Part shown: positions 1 through 8,504 of the stretch, piece by piece | Layout: each line of letters starts with the position of its first letter | How positions within the stretch are numbered: position 1 is the stretch's first letter | Virus record (IMG/VR): IMGVR_UViG_3300032323_000670 | Coordinates: 32,001 to 96,000 of that record | Origin: a virus | Strand: one strand, 5' to 3' | DNA: 64,000 bases | Translations under genes and position numbers: made by a program | Notes under the pieces: generated by a model | Seen by the model: only the letters and a program-made list of their open reading frames with translations | Told to the model about the DNA's origin: nothing | Database searches by the model: none

Positions 1-426
1 CGTTATGGTAAAACGGTTAGTAAAAAACAGATAGAGTATGAGAAAGACCCCTTCAATGCTTATCAGAATTTTCTGTATAAGCGTGCGCTGTTTGGTCTTT
101 CTGTATATGGTGAGGAGGAACTGAGTAAAATGCATTGGGATAAGAAGAAGAGAATTCAAAAGGTACACACTCGTGCCCAAGATTTGCTTAACACTTGGAA
201 ACAAGAACTGTTAAATGAATGGACTTCTACTCTATTGTCCAAGATCTTTTGGCATAGTACGCTTGTCAAAGATTATAAAGAAAAGTTTGTAGGTAATACT
301 GATCCTGGCTATATTAGCACAGTGGAATTCAAGGAATTGGGTATAACAAAAACTCATATCATTGATAAACTGATTAAAGAAAAGATACTACCAAGTAATT
401 TTTATCAATTAAAAGAAGCAGTATGA
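1..426 (+). CDS. Hypothetical phage protein, 5'-truncated by the window edge
   Basis: Frame +1 is open from base 1 (RYGKTVSKKQIEYEKDPFNAYQNFLYKRALF...) into the listed 130..426 ORF. Confidence 0.7.
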   Translation, partial: RYGKTVSKKQIEYEKDPFNAYQNFLYKRALFGLSVYGEEELSKMHWDKKKRIQKVHTRAQDLLNTWKQELLNEWTSTLLSKIFWHSTLVKDYKEKFVGNTDPGYISTVEFKELGITKTHIIDKLIKEKILPSNFYQLKEAV

Positions 427-734
427 ATTTAAGTACACTGGATAACCGTGAGATTCTCTTTATCTACTTCAGTAATCGCAGATGGATTGATACCTATGAG
501 GATATCTTTGAGCATAAGTCCATTGAAGATGTTATGAGTATACTAGACTTCGGTCAAATAAGGGTTACTCAACCACTAACTGATGAGGAGATGAGTAAGA
601 TGACAGAGACAGAGCATTATAAATTATGTAATCAAATACATGAGAAGCTTCATCCTGTTATTGAACTTATAGAAGAGGCGGATTTAGACTTGTACTCTGA
701 AGTTAAAGATTGTTTCAATAAAGTTAATATCTAA
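423..734 (+). CDS. Hypothetical protein
   Basis: 103-aa ORF overlapping the upstream stop; operon-like packing. Confidence 0.65.
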   Translation: MNLSTLDNREILFIYFSNRRWIDTYEDIFEHKSIEDVMSILDFGQIRVTQPLTDEEMSKMTETEHYKLCNQIHEKLHPVIELIEEADLDLYSEVKDCFNKVNI

Positions 735-735
735 A

Positions 736-945
736 ATGAAAACCACATTTATAATGAACGGGTCTACAAGACTTGTTCTCACTCCGGAAACGGAAGCAGA
801 AGAGGTTATGTTAAAGCAACTAACCAAACAAGATAATGTTATTACTAATGTAGGAGAGGGTAGTCATATTGCTCTTACCTATGGCGGTGATTCTATAATC
901 ATTATGCAGTCTACAAATGTTACAAGCCAAGCTGAAGAAGTGTGA
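736..945 (+). CDS. Hypothetical protein
   Basis: 69-aa ORF tightly packed between neighbours. Confidence 0.6.
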   Translation: MKTTFIMNGSTRLVLTPETEAEEVMLKQLTKQDNVITNVGEGSHIALTYGGDSIIIMQSTNVTSQAEEV

Positions 946-1336
946 TGAATGCGGTGAAGTAACAACAATCTGGAAGAAAGAAGGTAAGCAGAAGTTTTGT
1001 AAGCAATGCTGGACTAAACAATTTAAGGGTTTATCAAGCACTAAAAAACCAACAGCTAAGAAACCTATGCGCCTTCAATCTTCCAAGATTGTTAAACTTA
1101 ATGCTGCATATTCCGTACTACGGGAACAGTTCTTAAAGAGAAAGCCTTTCTGTGAAGCACACCTACCCGATTGCTCTGTCAATGCGTGTGATGTACACCA
1201 TAAGAAAGGTAGAACTGGTACTCTATTCCTAGATGATACCGAGTTCTTAGCTGTATGTAGAACTTGTCACACTTGGATTGAGACACATCCTAAAGAAGCA
1301 AAACTATTAGACTTTAGTAAATCAAGAGAATCATGA
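917..1336 (+). CDS. Zn-finger HNH endonuclease-like protein
   Basis: CDEC..CKQC N-terminal Zn ribbon; C-terminal CEAH..C...DVHHKKGR...LAVCRTCH HNH-type motif. Confidence 0.75.
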   Translation: MLQAKLKKCDECGEVTTIWKKEGKQKFCKQCWTKQFKGLSSTKKPTAKKPMRLQSSKIVKLNAAYSVLREQFLKRKPFCEAHLPDCSVNACDVHHKKGRTGTLFLDDTEFLAVCRTCHTWIETHPKEAKLLDFSKSRES

Positions 1337-1671
1337 TTATAAAATTTGAAACACTAGACGGGTTTGATAACCTAAGGCTAGTTGAACCTACATGGCGTGG
1401 GGACAGCGGTGATCTTATAATAGACATTGAGCTCACTAAACTAATCTACAGAATCTATGGTGATACAGATGATAAGGTACTAACCTTTGAGATATCTGCT
1501 GTACCATTAGAGGACAGTGAAAGGTTTACACTTGAGAGTATTAAGAAAGGATTACCTGGTGCTACCTATGCTCATAATACATTAGGCCTCCACTACATCT
1601 GCGAACTACTCCTCTTGTATGTGGGACCTGATTACCCTAAACATTTTTATATTAAAAAACTAACAGCATGA
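1333..1671 (+). CDS. Hypothetical protein
   Basis: 112-aa ORF with ATGA overlaps at both ends. Confidence 0.6.
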   Translation: MIIKFETLDGFDNLRLVEPTWRGDSGDLIIDIELTKLIYRIYGDTDDKVLTFEISAVPLEDSERFTLESIKKGLPGATYAHNTLGLHYICELLLLYVGPDYPKHFYIKKLTA

Positions 1672-1907
1672 AGAAGTTAATTATGATTTTGATGCTAGCT
1701 ATTGGATTAGTTAGCTGTAACAAGGAGGAAGATAAGCCATGTAATTGTGGTACAATCCTCAATGATGGTATCAATGGTACATGCTATTGGTTAGAGATTG
1801 AGAATGACTGTACTGGTAACAGGAAATCATTCTGCTTTGACCAGAGTGTGTGGATGAGTGCCTATGTAGGTAGTAACTTCTGTGTTACTAACCAAGGTCA
1901 ATGGTAA
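1668..1907 (+). CDS. Small Cys-rich lipoprotein
   Basis: MKK + hydrophobic stretch + lipobox LVSC, followed by six further Cys. Confidence 0.7.
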   Translation: MKKLIMILMLAIGLVSCNKEEDKPCNCGTILNDGINGTCYWLEIENDCTGNRKSFCFDQSVWMSAYVGSNFCVTNQGQW

Positions 1908-1908
1908 T

Positions 1909-3024
1909 ATGAGTAGAGAAGAAATACAGAGTGATGCTCTGAAAGCAATTGAAGGGTGTGATCGCTGTGGTATTGCTGTATCTATGGGAGTTGGTAAAAC
2001 TCTCATAGGTCTTCAGCATATCTTTCAGAACTATGATGAGACACTAAGTGTATTAGTTGTAGCACCTAAGCGTTCTATTCTTAAGTCATGGGTAGATGAG
2101 GCAGAGAAGTTTAACCTTAATCATTTACTTGCTCACATTAAGTTTACTACTTACTTGTCTTTAAACAAACAAGATTTAACTTATGACATTGTATACTTAG
2201 ATGAGTGTCACAACCTACTCTTTACTCACGAGTCTTGGTTATCAAGATTTACTGGTAAGATTGTAGGTCTGACTGGTACTCCTCCTAAGGTAGCTTCTTC
2301 TGAGAAAGGTATGATGGTCAACAAGTATTGCCCTATGGCATATGAGTATGTAACTGATGATGCTGTACAAGATGGTATTCTAAATGACTATCAGATTATT
2401 GTACATAAGCTGAAGTTGGATAACCGTAAGAACTTTATGCAGAAGACTAAGAGTGGTGGATTTCCTACATCAGAGTTAGCAAGTTACAATTACTGGACTG
2501 AGCGTTTACTTAATGCAAACTCTGGTAAAGATGTGCAGATAACTCGTGTTATGCGGATGAAAGCACTGATGGGTTTTCCTAGTAAAGAAAGATATGCCAA
2601 GAGATTGTTTGATTCAATCACTGATAAGGTAATTCTGTTTGCTAATACTCAAAATCAAGCAGATAAACTTTGTGATGACAGTTACCATAGCGGTAATAAA
2701 CTATCTGAAGTTAACCTTGGTAAGTTTAAATCTGGAGAGATAAACAAGCTTAGCTGTGTACTACAACTAAATGAGGGTGTGAATATCCCTAACCTAAAGC
2801 AGGGTATCATTATGCATGCATATGGTAATGAGTGTAAGTCAGCACAAAGATTGGGTAGATTACTCCGTCTTAATCCTGATGAGAAAGCTACTATCCATAT
2901 CCTATGCTATCAGGATACTGTGGATGAGACTTGGGTAATCCAAGCTCTAGATCAATATGATAAATCTAAAATAACCTGGATTGAAAATGGACAACTCCAA
3001 TTTGCCAGCTGGAGCAGAGCATGA
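1909..3024 (+). CDS. Superfamily 2 (DEAD/DEAH-like) helicase
   Basis: Walker A SMGVGKT, DECH, TGT, EGVNIP, QRLGRLLR; ATG at 1909 preferred over the listed 1882 start. Confidence 0.9.
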   Translation: MSREEIQSDALKAIEGCDRCGIAVSMGVGKTLIGLQHIFQNYDETLSVLVVAPKRSILKSWVDEAEKFNLNHLLAHIKFTTYLSLNKQDLTYDIVYLDECHNLLFTHESWLSRFTGKIVGLTGTPPKVASSEKGMMVNKYCPMAYEYVTDDAVQDGILNDYQIIVHKLKLDNRKNFMQKTKSGGFPTSELASYNYWTERLLNANSGKDVQITRVMRMKALMGFPSKERYAKRLFDSITDKVILFANTQNQADKLCDDSYHSGNKLSEVNLGKFKSGEINKLSCVLQLNEGVNIPNLKQGIIMHAYGNECKSAQRLGRLLRLNPDEKATIHILCYQDTVDETWVIQALDQYDKSKITWIENGQLQFASWSRA

Positions 3025-3232
3025 TGTTAATGCTCCCTGGAATCAAGTAGATGATTTATGTAGATACTGTGACAGAGATGTCATCATGGGCATGGCTCAA
3101 GAGTCTACCCCTGATGATGCAGATGTACAAGAACATTTTGAGGCAATGCTTGAAGAAGCAGACTTATGCCGCGATTGTTTTAAAGAACAACAAGCAGATG
3201 ATGATGATGACTGGTGCAACTGGAGAGACTAA
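2987..3232 (+). CDS. Small acidic CxxC/CxxC protein
   Basis: PAGAEHDVNAPWN N-terminal motif; CRYC and CRDC pairs; acidic tail. Confidence 0.6.
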   Translation: MDNSNLPAGAEHDVNAPWNQVDDLCRYCDRDVIMGMAQESTPDDADVQEHFEAMLEEADLCRDCFKEQQADDDDDWCNWRD

Positions 3233-3503
3233 GACTGTAACTGATGAAGACGTAACGCTTGACCTGTCCTTTATGGAGGACAGCAAGCTCGTCTTGTACA
3301 ATGATGATCACAATAGCTTTGATAAAGTTATCATGGCTCTCATGGTATACTGCCAAATATCTAGTGCTAAGGCTGCAGAGATTAGTATGAAGGTACACAA
3401 TGAGGGTAAGGCTGTAGCAAAGTATGGTCCTCGTGAACAACTTGAACCTATTGCTAAGATCTTTGGAGAATTAGATTTAACCTGTGAAATAGAAGACCCA
3501 TGA
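3207..3503 (+). CDS. clpS: ATP-dependent Clp protease adaptor ClpS-like protein
   Basis: LVLYNDDHNSFDKVI...A..ISMKVHNEGKAV matches the ClpS signature; the real start is probably in the ATG run near 3198-3207, not 3051. Confidence 0.85.
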   Translation: MTGATGETKTVTDEDVTLDLSFMEDSKLVLYNDDHNSFDKVIMALMVYCQISSAKAAEISMKVHNEGKAVAKYGPREQLEPIAKIFGELDLTCEIEDP

Positions 3504-3730
3504 AAGTAGGAGACTATCTGAGTAGGCGCATGTATAATGTACCTAATGAAATTTATGTAATTACAGCTATGGAAAGCTATGGCGGTTTAGTTCTTAACTA
3601 TAAGCTAGGTAGAGTAAGATTGAAACCTAAAGATCATTCCAATGCTATCTTTGATACAGGTAAAACTGTAAAACCAGATGAGCTTAGATTTGAATATAGC
3701 CCTATTAACATCTTGATACTAGATGCATGA
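3500..3730 (+). CDS. Small MKVGD-family protein (paralog 1)
   Basis: 76 aa, starts MKVGDY, ATGA-coupled. Confidence 0.6.
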   Translation: MKVGDYLSRRMYNVPNEIYVITAMESYGGLVLNYKLGRVRLKPKDHSNAIFDTGKTVKPDELRFEYSPINILILDA

Positions 3731-3954
3731 AACCGGGAGACTGTTACATAGATGAGCACTTTGAACCAGATACTGTTGTATTAAAAGTTGGTGATTTAAT
3801 TAGTGCTGATGGTCATGAATGTACCGTTGTTTATACAAGTGACCCTCACCTTATGAGGAAAGGCGCAATAGTAACACGTTGGTCAAATGACGAGGAACTT
3901 ATACCAGTAGCTATGATCACCATAGATAGTAAAGTAATAATAATCAAGTTATGA
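3727..3954 (+). CDS. Small MKPGD-family protein (paralog 2)
   Basis: 75 aa, starts MKPGDC, internal LKVGD, ATGA-coupled. Confidence 0.6.
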   Translation: MKPGDCYIDEHFEPDTVVLKVGDLISADGHECTVVYTSDPHLMRKGAIVTRWSNDEELIPVAMITIDSKVIIIKL

Positions 3955-4181
3955 AAGTAGGAGACTATGTAAAAGTAGGAGATAGCGTGCTTTATCTTAA
4001 CGAGGATATTAGCAAAGATGAATTAAACTTTTTAGAGTTTAAGGCAATTGTTATCTACACAAAAGAGAATCATTTGGATTTTTTTGTGGGTAAAGTATGT
4101 AGTTTACTTCAACCTAAGAATGATCCTATAGAACCTGTTATACCAATATTTGTAAAAGATGAAAAGCAAAAGACTGACTGA
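3951..4181 (+). CDS. Small MKVGD-family protein (paralog 3)
   Basis: 76 aa, starts MKVGDYVKVGD; first 18 nt identical to the 3500 ORF. Confidence 0.6.
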   Translation: MKVGDYVKVGDSVLYLNEDISKDELNFLEFKAIVIYTKENHLDFFVGKVCSLLQPKNDPIEPVIPIFVKDEKQKTD

Positions 4182-4452
4182 TGAGGACATCATCAAAGAA
4201 CTAATAGACGTTATGTTTACTATAGCTGGTCATGATGTAACATTTGAGGACATCAAGGGCCGTAAGGACCAATGGTACTATGAATGGACCATGACTCCTG
4301 AGCAAGAAGAAAAGTGGATGGAACATATGGTAAAGTATTTCCGTAAACACAGAAGCATGACTGTTAGACATGCTCAAACATCTGCATCAATGTTTAACCT
4401 GATGTATGGCCTTAAGGTCAACCGTCCTGAACTAGAACAAGAACAAGATTAA
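4159..4452 (+). CDS. Hypothetical protein
   Basis: 97-aa ORF (WYYEWTMTPEQEEKW...FNLMYGLK). Confidence 0.65.
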   Translation: MKSKRLTDEDIIKELIDVMFTIAGHDVTFEDIKGRKDQWYYEWTMTPEQEEKWMEHMVKYFRKHRSMTVRHAQTSASMFNLMYGLKVNRPELEQEQD

Positions 4453-4463
4453 AACTAAAATTT

Positions 4464-4679
4464 ATGAAAACATTTTTTAAAAAAGTTATTTATTGGGTAC
4501 TTATCCTTTTAGTAGGAGTTAGTGCTATATGGGGTGCAAACACTGTAGATAGTGATACAGAAGTAGGCTGGTTAATTCTTGGATCTTTTGCAGAGTCTGT
4601 ATGTATAATAGTGCCGTTAGGTATATTCTGGGGTTATATACTAAGAAAAGTATTAAACTTAGAGCAAGAGAATGAGTAA
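4464..4679 (+). CDS. Small membrane protein (2 predicted TM segments)
   Basis: Two hydrophobic stretches; AAAACTAAAATTT-ATG leader. Confidence 0.6.
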   Translation: MKTFFKKVIYWVLILLVGVSAIWGANTVDSDTEVGWLILGSFAESVCIIVPLGIFWGYILRKVLNLEQENE

Positions 4680-4723
4680 GCTTGGATACTGGTTGTGGGC
4701 AGATTAATACGTAGAAACACGTA

Positions 4724-4755
4724 TTGCAATAGGGTATTTCTAAATTTTACATTTG
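4724..4755 (+). promoter_or_regulatory. Bacteroidota sigma70-type promoter candidate
   Basis: TTG (4724-4726), 21-nt spacer, TACATTTG (4748-4755), intergenic just upstream of the 4771 ATG. Confidence 0.55.
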
Positions 4756-4770
4756 TGAAAATTAAAACAC

Positions 4771-5118
4771 ATGAATAAAATTATTAGGTTAGAACTACTA
4801 CAGCAGGATATCATGCTGATTAAAAATCCAGAGTCAATGCAGGAGATTAAGGATCAAATTTACTTCTTCTTAAATGCCGAGGAGCTAGAGAAAGTAGCTT
4901 ATGAAACCACTAACTGCGGAGTTGCCTTTAGAGAATGGCACACAGAAATAGGAATTAAAAACCTTCTAGTGATATGCCATCCGCAGAATATAGGTGAGGT
5001 AAGTAGAGTAGTCTTGTTTGCTGCCAAAAGAATACTTGAAAACAAAAATATAAAGTCAGATGAAATGGAAGGACTCCTCCTCCAGTTAATAATGGATAAC
5101 ATATACCCTAAAAACTAA
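4771..5118 (+). CDS. Hypothetical protein
   Basis: 115-aa ORF with A-rich leader. Confidence 0.6.
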   Translation: MNKIIRLELLQQDIMLIKNPESMQEIKDQIYFFLNAEELEKVAYETTNCGVAFREWHTEIGIKNLLVICHPQNIGEVSRVVLFAAKRILENKNIKSDEMEGLLLQLIMDNIYPKN

Positions 5119-5124
5119 ACAACT

Positions 5125-5382
5125 ATGACACCTAAAGAGAAAGCACAAGAGTTGTTAGATAAGATGAATGTAACTCATTATCTAAAGTTAGGAGGTAAGA
5201 ACAAAAATTCTAAAGGTCTTCCTGTTTCTATGCACCGTACTCAGGTTAAGCAATGCGCTTTGAAGGCAGTAGATGAGATAATGAATGAGTTATCTGAAAT
5301 GAATTATGGTCTACAATACTTAAACAGAATGGCGCATTGGGAAGAAGTAAAAGAAGAAATAGAAAACTTGCAAACTAAGTAA
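5125..5382 (+). CDS. MTPKEKA-family small phage protein
   Basis: MTPKEKAQEL...CALKAVDEI...WEEVKEEIENL; paralog of the N-terminal half of 5861. Confidence 0.7.
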   Translation: MTPKEKAQELLDKMNVTHYLKLGGKNKNSKGLPVSMHRTQVKQCALKAVDEIMNELSEMNYGLQYLNRMAHWEEVKEEIENLQTK

Positions 5383-5384
5383 CC

Positions 5385-5528
5385 ATGTTAGACACAATAG
5401 GTTATGCTTTACTAGGTGTACTTATGTGCATACCCATATTCTTTCTAATCTACATTGGGGTATGGATGCCTAAAGACAAAATGAAAGGTCATGCAGGTAG
5501 AGGTAAATGTAAATGTTGTAATAACTAA
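5385..5528 (+). CDS. Small membrane protein with Cys-rich tail (not in the ORF track)
   Basis: Hand-translated 47 aa MLDTIGYALLGVLMCIPIFFLIYIGVWMPKDKMKGHAGRGKCKCCNN. Confidence 0.55.
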   Translation: MLDTIGYALLGVLMCIPIFFLIYIGVWMPKDKMKGHAGRGKCKCCNN

Positions 5529-5656
5529 AAACTTTAAACATGAACAATCTTAATAAAAGATTATCAATGCTCACGGTAACCGTGTTGCAAAAAATAGCTA
5601 GAGCCTGTGTTAATAGGTCAGCTAAAATATTAAACAAACTTTAAAACTAAATAACT

Positions 5657-5848
5657 ATGGAGAACAAACTAGATAGCGAAAAATTAGAGTTATCCGAGAC
5701 CATGTTTAGCCTGTTTACCCCTGATGAGATAATGACAATAATAAAACACAGGCAGTTTAGGAAAATGAAAACTTTGCAGATGTCTAAGGATAAGCAGGCT
5801 GAGTTTCGCGAGCTTATTCACAGGATAGAGGACATGTTTGATGTGTAA
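5657..5848 (+). CDS. Hypothetical protein
   Basis: 63 aa preceded by AAAACTAAATAACT-ATG. Confidence 0.6.
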   Translation: MENKLDSEKLELSETMFSLFTPDEIMTIIKHRQFRKMKTLQMSKDKQAEFRELIHRIEDMFDV

Positions 5849-5860
5849 AACTAAATAACT

Positions 5861-6370
5861 ATGACACCAAAAGAAAAAGCAGAAGAGTTGGTAAGCAAGA
5901 TGCTTAAAGAAGTAGGCTATGATACAAACATAGCAGTACCATGTGCTTTAATTGCAGTAGATGAAATTATAAATGAATACGAGTCTAACATCTGCAATAC
6001 AGGTTATGACTACGACTTTGAAAGATGGGACATGCAAAGAGATTATTGGAAAGAAGTTCAATTTGAAATATCAAATCTAAAAACTATGGAAAAGAAACAA
6101 ACTGCGGTTGATTATCTTGAGAAGGAGTTCAAGAAAAATGGCGTTTATTTAAGCGACCATTATTGGAATGCTTTTGAACAAGCCAAGCAAATGGAGAAGG
6201 AGCAGATTGAAAACGCTTATTGGGATGGTGGACAAGATGTTCCAATGCACATAAGCACTTGTGAAAACTACTACAATAAAACATTTGGAGTGGAAACGGG
6301 TATAATTGTATTTGATAACATACATTTGACTAACACAAATAAAATTAATAATGGAGGTAACAATGAATAA
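5861..6370 (+). CDS. Fusion of MTPKEKA-family and KQTAV...EKEQI-family domains
   Basis: N-half similar to the 5125 ORF, C-half similar to the 6634 ORF; internal AAAAACT-ATG at 6086. Confidence 0.65.
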   Translation: MTPKEKAEELVSKMLKEVGYDTNIAVPCALIAVDEIINEYESNICNTGYDYDFERWDMQRDYWKEVQFEISNLKTMEKKQTAVDYLEKEFKKNGVYLSDHYWNAFEQAKQMEKEQIENAYWDGGQDVPMHISTCENYYNKTFGVETGIIVFDNIHLTNTNKINNGGNNE

Positions 6371-6647
6371 TCTAGAAATAACAAAGGTCTCTGAATTAGA
6401 AGCAAACACTACAAGAGTATGTGAAATCAAATTTAATTGTCTAGTCACAATGCATGATGTTGCTTTCAAAAAGTATAAAGGTGTATGGGGTCAAGAAAAA
6501 CAATCAAAGATACCACAATGGTTTAAAGCAAACCAAACAATAACATTAGAAGGTGTTAAAGATGCTGACCCATATGAACTTGGGATGAGGATTAAACAAA
6601 TGTTTCATCAAATGGAAGACACAATTAACAAGTATGAAAATGAGTAA
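6363..6647 (+). CDS. Hypothetical protein
   Basis: ORF; likely start MNNLEITK at 6363 (listed from 6351). Confidence 0.55.
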   Translation: MNNLEITKVSELEANTTRVCEIKFNCLVTMHDVAFKKYKGVWGQEKQSKIPQWFKANQTITLEGVKDADPYELGMRIKQMFHQMEDTINKYENE

Positions 6648-6894
6648 ACAAACTGCGGTTAATCAAATCTTTGCACAAATGAAGGCTGGGAGAAAGGACA
6701 CTAAATTTTGGAATGATTCAATGCTTGTTGATTGGCTATTTGAACAAGAAGAAAGGTACAAGCAAATTGAGAAGGAGCAGATAGAAGAGGCTTACAAAGA
6801 AGGTAACCATTCGGAAATGAGAGGTGGTAAAGTGATTTTTGAAAAAATGGAGCAATACTACAACGAAACTTACGGAGGTCAAGATGAACATTGA
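6640..6894 (+). CDS. KQTAV...EKEQI-family small protein
   Basis: MSKQTAV...QIEKEQIEEAY...EQYYNETYGG. Confidence 0.65.
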   Translation: MSKQTAVNQIFAQMKAGRKDTKFWNDSMLVDWLFEQEERYKQIEKEQIEEAYKEGNHSEMRGGKVIFEKMEQYYNETYGGQDEH

Positions 6895-7216
6895 TAAGCT
6901 AATAGCTGAGGCATACGATTCAATTATGAGAACTAAAGGTAGAGAACATGCTCCTACTTCAGCTGAGATACAAGCATGGATAGATAAAAAGAAATCTACT
7001 GTAGAAATAAGTAATCGTAAAGCTATATTCTCAGAGCTTGCTCATTATGACCACCTTAGTAAACCTAATGACTTCATAGAGGTAACAGAGTGGTCTAATG
7101 GAGAAGGTTATGATGTAGAGATTGCTACCTCACTTGGTTCTAGATTCCAGTTAACACATGGGCAGTATGCTGCACTAAAAGATTTAATTACTAAATTAGA
7201 AACTACAAATGACTAA
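6884..7216 (+). CDS. Hypothetical protein
   Basis: ORF, probable start MNIDKL; DFIEVTEWSNGEGYDV motif. Confidence 0.6.
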   Translation: MNIDKLIAEAYDSIMRTKGREHAPTSAEIQAWIDKKKSTVEISNRKAIFSELAHYDHLSKPNDFIEVTEWSNGEGYDVEIATSLGSRFQLTHGQYAALKDLITKLETTND

Positions 7217-7418
7217 GTATTTATTATGGGCTATAGCATTTATCTTACTACTAGATTGTGCTGCTATAATAGGTTTATACCTATCTGTAAAAGATAAGCC
7301 TCTTGAGAGAGAGGACTACCAAATGTTTAAAGCTGTTTACATACCAAGAGATACCGTATATGTAGATCCTAGTACTATAGGTACAACTACTGATCCTACG
7401 GATGAGGAACTAAACTAA
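7209..7418 (+). CDS. Small single-pass membrane protein
   Basis: N-terminal hydrophobic helix. Confidence 0.55.
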   Translation: MTKYLLWAIAFILLLDCAAIIGLYLSVKDKPLEREDYQMFKAVYIPRDTVYVDPSTIGTTTDPTDEELN

Positions 7419-7426
7419 ATGTGTTG

Positions 7427-7434
7427 TATATTTG
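7427..7434 (+). promoter_or_regulatory. TAnnTTTG (-7) promoter element
   Basis: TATATTTG in the intergenic gap about 20 nt upstream of the GroES-like ATG. Confidence 0.5.
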
Positions 7435-7453
7435 TTAAACTAAAAAACCAATT

Positions 7454-7726
7454 ATGAAATTGCACGGAAAAAGAATTCTCATTGAGAAGCCTATGAAGCC
7501 TGAGTCTCAGGTGTTATTAACTGAAGAGTCAGAAGCTGCTATGGAACAGCAGTGGATGAAGAGCTGGACTAAACTTAATGTACACGCTGTAGGTTCTGAT
7601 TGTACTCATGTACAAGCTGGAGACCTGGTGTATGTAGGTAATGCGTTAGCTAATGCAGAAATCATTGACATTGATGGTACTCTATATTTTCTAGTTAACG
7701 AAGCTGCTGTCTGTATTACTTGGTAG
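7454..7726 (+). CDS. groES: GroES/Cpn10-like co-chaperonin
   Basis: MKLHGKRILIE...VHAVG...VQAGDLVYV...IDIDGTLYFLVNEAAV fits the Cpn10 pattern; 90 aa. Confidence 0.75.
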   Translation: MKLHGKRILIEKPMKPESQVLLTEESEAAMEQQWMKSWTKLNVHAVGSDCTHVQAGDLVYVGNALANAEIIDIDGTLYFLVNEAAVCITW

Positions 7727-7727
7727 T

Positions 7728-7874
7728 ATGAAAGAAGTATTAGAAGAACTTGTTATGCAGATGGACAATTTGCGTAATAACAAAACTGTGCCCTATTTAA
7801 ACCCATACAAGGGTATAGATGATTGCATTGAATTAGTACGGAAAAAGATTAAAACCTTAAAGAATGAAGACTGA
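7728..7874 (+). CDS. Small hypothetical protein (not in the ORF track)
   Basis: Hand-translated 48 aa MKEVLEELVMQMDNLRNNKTVPYLNPYKGIDDCIELVRKKIKTLKNED, filling the gap. Confidence 0.5.
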   Translation: MKEVLEELVMQMDNLRNNKTVPYLNPYKGIDDCIELVRKKIKTLKNED

Positions 7875-8172
7875 GTATAGAAATCGTTATGGTGATCTAA
7901 TCATCTTTGAGAAGAAAGACAATGTAATAGAGATGACTGGGTTTGCTGATGGCTACCGTGTAGGTGGATGGCCTGGTGAAGTAGGCATGCCTAACTATAA
8001 GTTCTCTATGATTGACCCTAGTGGTGGACCATATATTACTGCGCAGGCTGAATGGCATGGTGAGGAGATGAGTGGTACAGATATGGGATCTTTCCTACCA
8101 GAGTGGGCAGGTCTTAAGATAGAGTACATTACAGTGGAAGAAGGGTTAGCTAAATTACATTTATGTCATTGA
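7864..8172 (+). CDS. Hypothetical phage protein (NRYGD...IDPSGGPYI)
   Basis: 102-aa ORF. Confidence 0.65.
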   Translation: MKTEYRNRYGDLIIFEKKDNVIEMTGFADGYRVGGWPGEVGMPNYKFSMIDPSGGPYITAQAEWHGEEMSGTDMGSFLPEWAGLKIEYITVEEGLAKLHLCH

Positions 8173-8504
8173 CAAAAGAGAACGAGGACAGACTCAAGAT
8201 TGCTAATCTTGTAGTGTGGTTACAGATGGCTGTGTTTGCAGCAGATGAGACAACGCATATTAAGTGGTTTAATAGGCATAAGACAAAGAATATTTTAAAT
8301 AACTTTAATGATATCGTGGTTAAAGAACACGGTCCATTACTGAAAGCATTCTGGGATATACCTGACCAAATAGACATGGTAGAGATGTCTAATAGATTGA
8401 GCAAGTTTGCAGAGCTCATAACAGATATGGATTATCTGGAGATGCAAGAGTGTGCAGAATTAATAGAGAAACATTTAAAACAAAAAAGAAATGGAAACGT
8501 TTAA
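8163..8504 (+). CDS. Hypothetical protein
   Basis: 113-aa ORF. Confidence 0.6.
   Translation: MSLTKENEDRLKIANLVVWLQMAVFAADETTHIKWFNRHKTKNILNNFNDIVVKEHGPLLKAFWDIPDQIDMVEMSNRLSKFAELITDMDYLEMQECAELIEKHLKQKRNGNV

Noticed and set aside
3051-3206. N-terminal extension of ClpS and the gatgatgatgat tract as a frameshift site
   Set aside because: The extension is an alternate frame of the upstream acidic ORF; the tract is its poly-Asp coding run, which also supplies the ClpS ATG.
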